A DNA stretch of 63,061 bases, the filler included, from Welwitschia mirabilis (lineage: Eukaryota): NCBI GenBank assembly GCA_051453625.1. It is 3 parts of one record of this genome, joined end to end, with 100 filler letters (N's around TTAATTAATTAA, not from the genome) between each part and the next. Parts side by side here need not be neighbours in the genome. Positions count along the whole stretch, not along the records: positions 51,165 to 63,061 come from JBOZIK010000001.1; 2 more parts are not named here. One strand, given 5' to 3'. Shown piece by piece: positions 52,270-63,061 of this stretch. Position 1 is the stretch's first letter. Each line of letters opens with the position of its first letter. Both the position numbers and the translations under genes were made by a program. Below the pieces are notes generated by a model. It was not told the origin of the DNA and ran no database searches. It saw only the letters and a list, made by a program, of their open reading frames with translations.

Positions 52270-55200
52270 ATTTGATGAAAATTTTGATGTTTTCTCAGTT
52301 AATTTTACTTTTGACACTAACTCACCTAGATTGTAAGATTGTAGATTCACATTCTTATTGTATTCATTACTTACCCATTTCTAATAAACTTGTATGTGTT
52401 GTAAACCTTTTATTCTTTTTTTGTTTAGAGTTTCTAACTAAGAGAGCTATGTTTCTTTTTTGACATCAGATAATTCAAGATCTTTGATCAAAATTTTCAA
52501 CATGGGAATTTGGATTTGAATAGGTAGAATTACCTTGGTACCATAAACTTATTGAAATGAACTTTTTATTATGGGTGTTTCATTGCATTACAATAGGACC
52601 ATAATGCAAATGGTAATTTTTCATGCCCTAATTTTTAATTTCTTTATGGTAGTTTCTTAAGGTAGTTTATGATTAGTTTATTTGTAGCTTCATCCTGATC
52701 ATTTGCTTGAGGGTAACATGGGGTAAGAAAAAGGTTGTTTTATCCTAGATTTATACAAGAAAATTTTTAGTTCTATAGATTTAAATTATGGATTATTATC
52801 AGTGAGAATGATATAAGGTTTATCAAACCTTATAATGATGTAATCTAGGATGAATTCTAAATTTGTTGAGTATTTTTTTATCATTAAAAAACTTCTTCTA
52901 TTCATTTCAAAATGTATTTAGTTGTAGTAAGAATATATGTATGTTGCTTAGATGAAGTTGTTATAAGGGAATAAATTAAAACTATATCCATTTTTCTAAA
53001 CACCCAAATAAGATCAAAAGAAAAAATGTTTGATAGTTAGTTGATGTAACTTCAGTGGAAATACCTAATAAGGATTACACATTCTCATCATTTTGAAACA
53101 ATTATCATTCATGGATTTTTAAATTAACCAAACTAATTATATGGTTCAATAGTGATTCCCCCTTGTGGGAACCACATAAATTAGCATGTGTTTCTTTTAA
53201 GACATAGGCAACTTTATTTTATTTTAGGCATCTTAGCAAGATGCCATTGTTTAACTTCTTGTGAAATTGATTTTGAGTTATGGTAAAATGTATGGCTTTA
53301 TCTCAAATATTTCATCTTTGTAAAGATGTAAAACTTTTTAATAATTTTTAGTCTATGAGATAATTCACTAAAGTGTCACATCATTCATCATTTATTTTAG
53401 GATTTTTCATCAACTAATTTATGTCATCTTATGATAACTCTAAATGAGCCACCATTAGCTGTTCATCTAGGAAATTTTAATTTAAATCGATGCATGCGAT
53501 GTATTCTTTAAAAGATGTGTTCCTAAAACAGATTTAAGCAAAGCTTGTAAGGTAGCCAGAAAATTTGTTTTCATTTCTAGGAATAGAAATAATTTTATAA
53601 TAATTAAATGTAATAAGTAATCTTTTTACCCTTTTAAGGTAGAAACCTAAAATCATTGACTTACTCCATATTTACCTAATACTTAGTTAATCACTAATTG
53701 CAAATCACTAAAAATGCATAACTTCTTAAAACCAACTTGAATGACATGTGTAATTTCTCTTGATAAGGATTCATACTCAGTGATGTTATTTGTGCAAGGA
53801 AAATTTAGCTTGAAGGAAAATGATAAACTTATTTGATTATTTGGGAAAAATACTAATCATGTAGATCCATCATTTTGATTTGATGCACCATCGAAGAACA
53901 TTAATGCATCCCAATTCCTTTTAATTTGTATGATATGAATTTCTTTCTTAGGAAATTGTTTATATTTACCTAAGCTTTTTACCTTCAGCATTTACTAGTA
54001 GATCTGCTATTTATTTAGTTATACATTTGTCTTTAACCAATTTTTGAGATTGAAATTCTAAGTCAAATTCAACAAGAATAGATGTCCACTTGGTTAGTCA
54101 AGTACTACTAATAGAATATTCAAGGAGATGATTGAATAAATTTTGGTTATTGATCATAATTATTGTATTGATCATCATGTGATGGTGAAATCTTTATGAA
54201 GTGAAAACTAAACTTAAACATGCCTTTTCTACATCAGAATAATTTTTCTTATATTAGTGTAATGTTTTATTAATGTAGTAAATTAAGTGATCCTGATGTA
54301 ATTCATATCATTAAAAGATCATTACATTAATTGACAATGATGTATATTCTAGGTAAAGGTAAAAAGATTGATGAGGCTTGGGTGGGGTTAGAACAGTTGT
54401 CAACTATTCATTTATTCTATTAAGAGCCTTTTGATAATTTTCATCCCATTTGGACTAATTATCTTTCTTAAGAAAGTCTATAAATGATTCACATTGAGCT
54501 GTCAAGGTTGAAATGATTTAATGGATTACTTATAACCTATCTTGAAGGCTTCATAATTCTTTTAGATTATGTGAAGATGCATATTGGTAATTGTCTTGAT
54601 CTTATCAGGGTCAATTTTTATTTCTTGCTTTGACACCATGAAACCTAATAGTTTTCCTAATGGTACATCAAAAATAGGTTTCTTTGGATTAAGACATAAA
54701 TTGTGTCATCTTAATTATTTAAAAAGTTATTTAAAGTCACTTAGATAATTGGCGATTGCTTTTGATTTTACCACAAATCATCTATAGGGTTCTCTATTGA
54801 TAAATCATGTTATGAAATATGTGTGTCATCACATGCTAGTATGTTGCACTAGCATTCTTTAATTCAAAAGACATTACGACATAATATAAAAGATACTAAA
54901 TACACATTGTCTTGCATTAATCCTTAAGATTCATAAATATGTGATTGTAATCTGAATAACCATCTAGTAAATATAAGAGGTTATAACTAGCAGTATTGTC
55001 CACTAGGATGTTAATATTTGGTAAAGGATAATCATATTTTAGAGTTCATTTAAATTGTGATAATCCACACAAATCCTGATTTAATCATTCTTCTTTGGAA
55101 TAATCACCATGTTTGACAACCAATCTAAATAGTCTACTAGTTGGATGAAACTAGTAGTCAAAAAGCATTCTAGGTCTTGTTTCACTAGTAATGTGAGATA

Positions 55201-58080
55201 ATGTTAAGTTTTTTAGCTTTTTATTTCATTGGGATTGAATTAGATTTTAGGATGAGATTGTGCATAATGGTTGACTTTATAGTGCCATATGAAGATGTTT
55301 TTATTGGATGACAATATACTTTATAGAGTTTAGTCTTGATTTGTCATGGTGAATCTTGATCGATCTTAGGTAACTTTTCATGATTAATGGGAGCTACTAG
55401 AAAATAATATATCTCGATATCTTGTTGTTTTACTAAAGATGATTTCTTCTTTTAATATTTCATTGTTTCATATACTTCTATGTTTTCAATTATCTATTGT
55501 TGTTCAAAAAAAGAAGTGGTTTTCCTATGGATTCACTATAAAAAAATCTATAAAGATAAAATTGATGTACCTTTCAACACATTGATCATAAAAAAATTGA
55601 CATGTAAAGTATAGCTCAACAAATTCCTCATTGTAAAATCCTATAAAAATAAGAATAGAGATAAGAACCAAATGATCAAGCTTGAATGCAAAAGAAGATA
55701 ATGAGCTACTATAATAAAATGATTGAATGCAAAACATAAGGTGTTCAAATTTTTTTCCCTTTTCATGCCTTTTTTTAAAAGAAGGAAAAATATTATGGGC
55801 TAATGGGAAAATTATATTGAAGGGAAGAAATCCATCCAAATCTAATAATTAGATGTCAAGAATTTGTGAGATCTTTATTTTATGAGGGTCTGCTGGATCT
55901 TATTTAAAATGTAAGACATGGATAATTCACTTTTCCAATAATAAGACGTGATGAAAGAGAAAATGATTAAAAACAGGTTTTTACATTTGCCACTATGTGA
56001 TTCCTTTTCAATAGCATAAATATTTTTGATCTAATGAATTTTAATCTTTGGTGAGATAAAGAAATGATTGCCTCCATGTCCATGATCCAAGGACTTCTCA
56101 ACAATAAATTGAATGCTACTATGTTATCTATCATATAGAATTTTGTATCCTTTACCTTTGGAGCTACCTCAATTTGTAAAGTAACTGCTCTTCTTGATTT
56201 ATCCTTATGATCATTAAATCCTTAATTGTTACACTCTTCTTTGAATTTGTTAGGCTTATCGAGGTAGGAGGAGCCTAGTACATTAAATTGAGCCTTATAA
56301 TCAATAAATTCCCTAGCCACTTTGGTAGGTTTAATGTTTACCAATATGTAAGGGATTTAGTAATTATAGTCTTTTGAGGAGTGGTAGATATCACTTTAGG
56401 TTAAACTTGAATAACCTCTTGATATTTGTAACTCTTCTAGACATTTACCTACTTTGAGGTAGGTTCTTGTTTTGTGGGTGATTTTAGGGTTAATCACTCT
56501 TCACATATTCTTTAAATTATTGCGTACAAGGCCTAGAGTCTTTGGATAATTAAAACAAAGAGTGATAGGCTTCCTCTACCTTGGAAGCATGTGACTGTGA
56601 TATACATATTAGGTTAAGGAATATAACAAGCTTGGGAGTACTTTCTTTAAACTAGTGTTTTTAATTTTTATTTGTTTTTCTAAATGATCTGATCTAATGA
56701 CTTTACAGGTTGGCCTTGGGTCACTAGAATTATAGAAGGANNNTTTTCATTTTGAATTATTACATTTTTAGTGACTATGATGTGGAAGGTTAAGAAGGGA
56801 AAGGATTTTTGTAGATTTCGAGTTGTTCATTTGCAATAGTAAGGATTGCATTAAATTTTATATTCATTTGTTTTTAATGATGTCTTAAACGATATGTTTC
56901 AAGTGGAAAGATTTTTTAGTGTAATGATCCTTAATTCTATGATCCTTACAGTACTTTAACTGATTGTAACTTTTTGGTTTAGGGGCATTGGAATGTCTTC
57001 CTTTGATTAGAGGCAACTCAATTAACCCCTTTTTTTAAGAAAGTTAATAGAATTTGTGTTAATGTAATGCTTAACTTTGTGAAACTTCTTTTGGATTTTG
57101 TAGTTGAATTTTAATTTTGAGTTTTGTTCTAATCTTGAGTTTGTGTTACACATGTTTGTTGTTAAGTTTGAGTTTGTTGTTGATCTTGTATTTATTAAGC
57201 AGGTGAATAATACAATTGACTCATAGCTGGTTGAAAAGAGAAAGCATGAGGAACAATAGAAGTATAAGGTACCATCTGTTCTGTTACTAAATTTCCTATT
57301 AGTTGATATGGATAAGCTAGCTGAGAAGATTGATTAACTACTATTACATTCTTTGGATTATTTCCCTTGTTATCATTGTTACTATCTTTTCTTATCGATT
57401 CATTTTAGGATGTGATGCCATATTTAATGGCTCCCTTTTCACTTCTTATAATCTCGATTCTTTTTGCTAATGTGACTATCTATTCAAATGTTTTGAACAA
57501 TTGCATTCTTAAATGTTTAGAAATGTACAAAATGCATGACTTAGAGAAGAAATATGCCATATTAGAATTTGCTATGCGAGTTTTCAATTATAAGGTAATA
57601 AACCTCCATCGTTGTGCATATTCGTATACTATTTGTTAAGCTGTTATTGCATTATGGTCAAGGCATCTCATGTAATTCATTTTGAAATGTTTATTGACTA
57701 CTGCTAAATGAACATTTATAATAATTATTTTGGGCTTATAACCGAATGAAAAGATATCCTATAGTACCTCTTAAGGGCTTGTCACTTTAAGGATTAATAA
57801 AACAATTGACAAACTGTATTTTGTACAACGTTGTACATGTGACAAACTGTATTTTGTACAACGTTGTACATGTGACATGCATGTTTGTAGTTTCTTAAAT
57901 GCATTACAGGGTCTTCTACACCGAGGAACTTCTCAAAGTCAAGCATTTCACTAGGTGGGATGATTTTTCGAGGCGTGAAAGGATAGATTGGGATATCATC
58001 CAAATCTGTATCGATGTAGTTCTTTTTACTTCGAAGGCCTTATTTGATGTTGTTAATAGATTCCCAGGTACTTGTAAAAT
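52270..58080 (-). pseudogene. Tat-type gag-pol remnant (gag-PR-RT-RH-aRH-INT)
   Basis: gag MLDFEKFLGVEDPVMHLRNY at about 57900-57950. Protease REFIDYKAQFNV at about 56300. RT VMSFELKNASATY at about 54860. aRH WDALMFFDGASN at about 53900. INT TPCYPQANDQDEAT at about 52700, plus ALWSY and VYGTKVILPIQIQIP. Confidence 0.88.
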
Positions 58081-58600
58081 GTAGTTCTTTTTCTTTTTCT
58101 TTTTTTTTTTTTAAAGTTTGTTTCACTTTTTATGCTTCTTCTTCATTACTTAAATATGCAAACAACCTCTCATCGACATAGTTCTTCTTTGGATTTTTCA
58201 CTTAGTTTTTTCTCATTCTTTTCATTTTTCATTGTCATCTGATTCATTTATGAATTATTCATCTTTGTTGTCTTTCTAGGAAAAGGGATCATATGAAAAT
58301 ATCTTACGATCATTGTTGTCTATTAAGTCTCCTGACAACTATTGATCTTAGCCTTTTAATAGGATGGACTAGGTAGACTTCCCAATAATGTTTATAGTGA
58401 ACCATGACATGAACTTGATTGGTGGTTAGGGTAGAAGGGTTGTGTTGAACAAGTACCTTATACTCTCCTCAAAAAGGCCATTTTGCCATATGTGTACATT
58501 AGCATTAGGGTTGTTTGTATCATAAACAAAGCTAATAGGCAAAAAGAATAAAAAAAGCAAACATAAGAAATTAAGCAAATAATCAACCCTAAATGATGGG

Positions 58601-58617
58601 CTCTCCTTTTAGTGCCA
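58601..58617 (-). other. Primer-binding site complementary to the 3' end of plant tRNA-Asn(GUU), decayed
   Basis: The minus strand reads TGGCACTAAAAGGAGAG versus TGGCGCTAGAAGGAGGG (three G>A changes), located between the LTR end and gag. Confidence 0.78.
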
Positions 58618-60049
58618 AAAACTATTACAAATCATTTTTGAAAACAAAGTTTGTTTGAATATTTTCAACTTTGATTCTTATTTGATTTGAAGTTTTAGAA
58701 TTCTAAGAGCTTAAATAAAATCTAAACATATCAAATTATGTATTACTTGATGATCATTTATTTGGCTACTAAAATTCTCATTTTGATAAAGCTAAAATTA
58801 TCTGATGAAGTTTCAGTGAAATGATTGCATGGAATCAAAAATTTGTACTTAGTTCAATGTGATAAATGATACTATCTTTTGGAGTTGAGATTGCAAAAGA
58901 GGAATGAAATCCAAAGGTGTTTTAACTTAAGTTACTTTAAGATTAGAGGGTAACATGTGTTTTCGATAGAAATGGAAAAGATATGTTTGATTTTGAAGTA
59001 ATATAGAATAACCCAACAAAGTTTTAAAAGATAATATCATTAAAAAAATAATTTGAATTAAAAATTTACTTAGTAATCAATAAAGATCTAACATTCCTTT
59101 AATTTCCTAGTTCTAAAAAAATAATCTACCTTATACTTAATGTAAGAAGTAGCCTTTATTCATTTTAAAATGCTTATATTTGTGCGAGGCAACAAATAAA
59201 AGCTATGTAGTTTTTAAGAAGAATACCTTCATAGTCTCTTCTTGTTAACAAAATAAAAGACAAGGACTAATAAATTCCAATGTTGACCTATGCTAAAGAG
59301 CAATTTCAGAAATGTTTATATATTAAAATGTCTGACAAATATGTGTACGTTGCCTTTTAGGTAACAAGAGGATTAAGGTTCAACCCAAAAAAAAAAAAAA
59401 ATAAAAAGAAAAGGTTTTTCGCAATTTCAATCCACAAAAATGTTCGCTTTACAAGATGAAATTCATGTTTAGATCATAATAATAGTAGGAAAAGAACTGC
59501 AAGACTTGGAATTAGACTTTCTCTATAAGGTCTGACCCAATCTACATAATGAATAATATTTTTCTCTCTTCTCTAACCACATCCACTTGTGCTATTGCTT
59601 CACACTGTTTTTCCTGGCTAAGCCATTGTAGATTTCCACTTTGCCACTATCATTCATCTATCTCTTAGCTTATTTAGGCACTGATATTCTTTTTACCTTT
59701 TAGGGGTTACAAGGAAGACTTTGACATCTTTTTGAGTAATCTTTCTCCTTTATTCTCAATATCTTCTAGTGACACAAAGCATGGATTCAGTAGCATCTAG
59801 AATTTAGATCTTACCTTTATCCTTTGATTCTATGAAAAATTACATAGCTAACTTTTCAGCTAGTCGAATCTAGGTAGCTATTCTAGCAATATAGCCACAC
59901 TTTCTTAACCTTTATTTACCTTTTGAAGCCACCAATTATTTTTTGATTACTTTAGCTTTGTGCTTGTTCTCTCTTCCATGCTTCTGCTTTGTATTCTTCC
60001 CTATTGCGTGGCTTTTGCTATCTTTTTGAGCATTGTCCTTGTTGCCTTC

Positions 60050-60600
60050 CTTTGTCTATTTCTTTTGTTTCCACTCCTTTTTTCCCCCTCTTCCCCCCTT
60101 TTCTTTGTAGATTTGTTGTGATTAAATGGATTCTACCCCCAAAAGACTTGCTTCTGGTTACTTCTTAAAATGGAATCTTGACAAGCCATCTAAGTTAGTC
60201 ATGGGGAATGTGATAGATTGGGAAGTAGATGAAACTAACTATCTATGGTATCAAAATCATTTCAGAGTTAGGTTACTCGTCATGTTTATCCAATTGGCAA
60301 GTTCTTATTTAGAGGATGAGCTATATTCGATGACTATGCTCATTTCTAGAAAATGATTCGTGGATGAGGGTCTCCACTAAAGTTGTCATGGAGTATATAT
60401 TCTAATTGAGTTAGCTACTTGAATACAACTCTTCTTATGCTAACATAATAATGAAGCGGCCAACTGTGAACAATTTGGAAATGGACTTTGCCTAATAAAG
60501 ATTATTTATAAAGAGCATGGAATTAGTATCACTTAATCTTGGCTAGAGGCTTCATTCATGAAAGACAAAATCGCAAGTTCTCATGATAGTCCAAAATGTG
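60050..60600 (-). pseudogene. Possible L1 ORF1 (DUF4283-like) remnant
   Basis: Weak, frameshifted minus-strand motifs (LGRF, P*.NFSGDP, NWINM, FPMTNLDG) in an order resembling plant L1 ORF1, followed by a purine-rich stretch. Confidence 0.3.
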
Positions 60601-62634
60601 TATGTTGTATTTTTAAACAACCATCTTTGAGTGTTGCTCGTTCATGTTGTTTTGACTTTAGCTACAATTTTCAAGCCAAGACTATGCTTGTGGATGAGAA
60701 ATAAAATATTCTGAAGAAATTCACAAAGAAAACACACAAATTTATTTGAGCTTTGATTTTGTGTGTTAGTGCATACATAACAATTCTTCGTTCCTAAATA
60801 ATTTCTCGTATTCTTCAAGCTATTAACATTATCTTTTCCAAAAACACATTTTGAAACTATGATAGTCATTGTCATCATTGATGACTATGGAACTTTTAAT
60901 AATATCCACAATGAAAGTTATAAGTGAGAAAGGAGATCACTAATGATCTTACGATAGAAGGGTGGACCTAATATTAAAATTCAATTTCATAAAAGAGATG
61001 CAATACGAATGAATTAGACTATATGAGAATGATTTTATCTATTACTTCCTTAGTCTGTGTACGTCGAGAATTGAGAGCATTATGAAGAAACACAACAAAT
61101 GCTTAAGCAAGTTTTTATTTGGTTAAACTTATATGGCAAGATGGTGGGATGAGACAAAACCAACACAATGTGTTGACATGATCCTGAGTTAATCATCATT
61201 CAAACTATCTTCTTCTTCTTCTACAACCCAATGATCTATGTGTTGTAGAATACTTTGAATGAATTAAAATGAAAAAAATGCAAACTAAGTAAAGAATGGA
61301 ATTGCCATGAAAACAACGAAAGAAGAATGTAGTCATTCAATTCATTTAAATCCTTATCATAATTCATCACTTTGCCTTAAACATTCCAAGTTGTAGCATA
61401 TATCCTTGATTCCTGAAAACCTGTAATTTGAGTTTCATGTAGTACCATTTCAAGATTCCCTTTTTAATAATTTTGTTCTATTATCTATCTTCAGAAATTA
61501 ATAGCTCTACTTTAACATGTAATTCATTTTCTACAGCATGGAGATTGTGGAAGAATATGTAATCTTTTTGTCCAATCAAACTCTAGTTTAGACCCATTTT
61601 TAGGTAGCCTTGCTATACAAACCTTTAATGGCACATATTTTTGGGACAAGAGGAGGCTTTTAGACATTAATAGTGACATGCGATTAAGCGATAAGATTCC
61701 AAACAGTAAGATTCCAAATAATCACTCAAAACTACGAGAGAGTGCAATGCGGCCCTTGCCTACAAATCACTACACTTATAAATGCCTAAATGGGGTTTCT
61801 TCCTGTTGACTCGCCTACTGGCATTAAGGTTGTATGGATATGTTGTAGCACATATGTTTTAACATTTTCTATCTAGGTAGTGGTCGTGTACTATAAACTC
61901 GTGATAAAGTTGATATAGCAGGAACAAAAACTATAAAATGGATCACCTATCTTTTTGGCTAAGTAGCTTCTTTCTGAACCAATAGTTAGACACAAATTAT
62001 TTACACACACTATTGGTAAAGGGATTCTGCATTTTAATATAATATAAGTGATCTAAAACTATAAAAGGTTCTCCATCAACAGTTAGACATCAAGTCCAGT
62101 ATAATCTGAAATATGCAAGTAATTTGAGGAGGGTAACCAGCGTAAAGCATGCAACAACGCTCTAGCTGCAAACAACTGACCCATATACTATCCCTGTCAA
62201 AACATAGTGCTATCCATGTAATCTGAAAGTGTATAATGAGAATTTTCAAACTCTTATTAATAGGGGGAAATAAGACTCATTGTAAAGCAGTGGAACGTTA
62301 CACAGCAGGGCCCGTAAACNNNNNNNNNNACAATCACTTGTACAAATTCCCAATCAGGTTCTGCTCTTACCACTGTTAAAGCCAGTAGAAACAGGAAGGG
62401 AAACTGTTAAACATGGAAGAGAGACTAGAGTTAATCCAAGCATCCTTGCCAACTATTTGAACATAAGAATTGCCAACCATTTGAACATAAAGAGAACATC
62501 ATAAGTGGAAACATAAGAATGATCCAACAAGATTCAGTATTAACAAATACAAGATAAACTGTTAATCTTGTTACCAGCTAATTCCACCATGAAGCTTAAA
62601 AAATGCAGGGATCCTACCTTGACCCCCCAGAATA

Positions 62635-62936
62635 TTAATGATAATAGCGATTATCATAAGAAGAATATGGAGGTGTGCGTGTCCGTTCCCTCCTGGATGG
62701 ACCACTGGCCCTGTAGGGAGAACGCCTGGGAGAGTAGCTTCTATCTTCCGCGTATGAAGGGCGCCTCGAAGAGTAATTTCTATCATCTCGATATGAAGAT
62801 TGCCTGGGAGAGTGTCCTCTGCTACCACAGTAAGGAGAATGCCTAGGAGAGTATCCTCTGCCATAAGGAGAATGCCTTCTTGACTCATAACCTTCACGAC
62901 CATAGTAACCGCGGCGCCTATCACGGTCATAGTAAC
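62635..62936 (-). CDS. Last coding exon of an SR45a/transformer-2-like serine/arginine-rich splicing factor (RS domain); upstream exons lie beyond the window
   Basis: Acceptor tgtaAG at 62938-62937, then a phase-1 exon of 302 nt with an open frame: xYYDRDRRRGYYGREGYESRRHSPYGRGYSPRHSPYCGSRGHSPRQSSYRDDRNYSSRRPSYAEDRSYSPRRSPYRASGPSRRERTRTPPYSSYDNRYYH*. YSPRRSPY repeats and the SRRER.R..PYS tail resemble plant SR45a-like proteins. GC and CpG content are retained. Confidence 0.82.
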
Positions 62937-63061
62937 CTTACAGATTCCCAACAAATGTCTGGTCAGAAATTCAGTTTTAGAATCACAATGGCCAATCAAC
63001 AGCCTTTGCAAAGCTAAACTGCAGACGGAGAGAACCATGAACTAACAGTGAAGAAACCAAA

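Larger units (their letters stand above)
52270..59200 (-). mobile_element. Degenerate Tat-lineage (Ogre/Retand-type domain order) Ty3/gypsy element E
   Basis: tRNA-Asn PBS at 58601-58617, then gag, PR, RT, RH, an additional RNase H and INT. A 5' LTR remnant starts at about 58623; its upper limit is uncertain. Confidence 0.82.

Noticed and set aside
62568..63038. ORF-track proteins 62568..62846 (+) and 62571..63038 (-)
   Set aside because: They are alternative frames over the SR-rich exon with no recognisable protein features.

Overview
This is very AT-rich land-plant nuclear DNA from a gapped draft assembly. Artificial 100-bp linkers (44 N + TTAATTAATTAA + 44 N) join three independent scaffolds: 1-28444, 28545-51064 and 51165-63061. 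Most of the window is a stack of old, nested retrotransposons eroded by C>T/G>A change. In scaffold 1, an L1-type LINE (- strand) is split by a 17.7-kb SIRE-like Ty1/copia element (2064-19744, target-site duplication CTAAT) and by the 3' end of a second copia element (1-1787). Two Athila-like Ty3/gypsy fragments are nested inside the large copia element, and a third lies at 25243-28444. Scaffold 2 holds an unexplained tandem macro-repeat with a unit of about 3.9 kb, interrupted by an Athila-like element on the - strand. Scaffold 3 holds a younger GTCGAC-rich LTR fragment inserted into a Tat-type gypsy element (tRNA-Asn PBS, extra RNase H), and at the far end the last coding exon of an SR45a/Tra2-like splicing-factor gene (62635-62936, - strand, in a frame missing from the ORF track). 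No intact transposon ORF survives. I found no convincing new biological system. The best leads are the unexplained macro-repeat, an internal PPT plus LTR-like promoter module in a gypsy 3' region, an Athila-like RT lacking the usual insertion, and the staged decay of CpG palindromes. All alignments were done by eye, so boundaries other than LTR ends, TSD, PBS and the exon are approximate.
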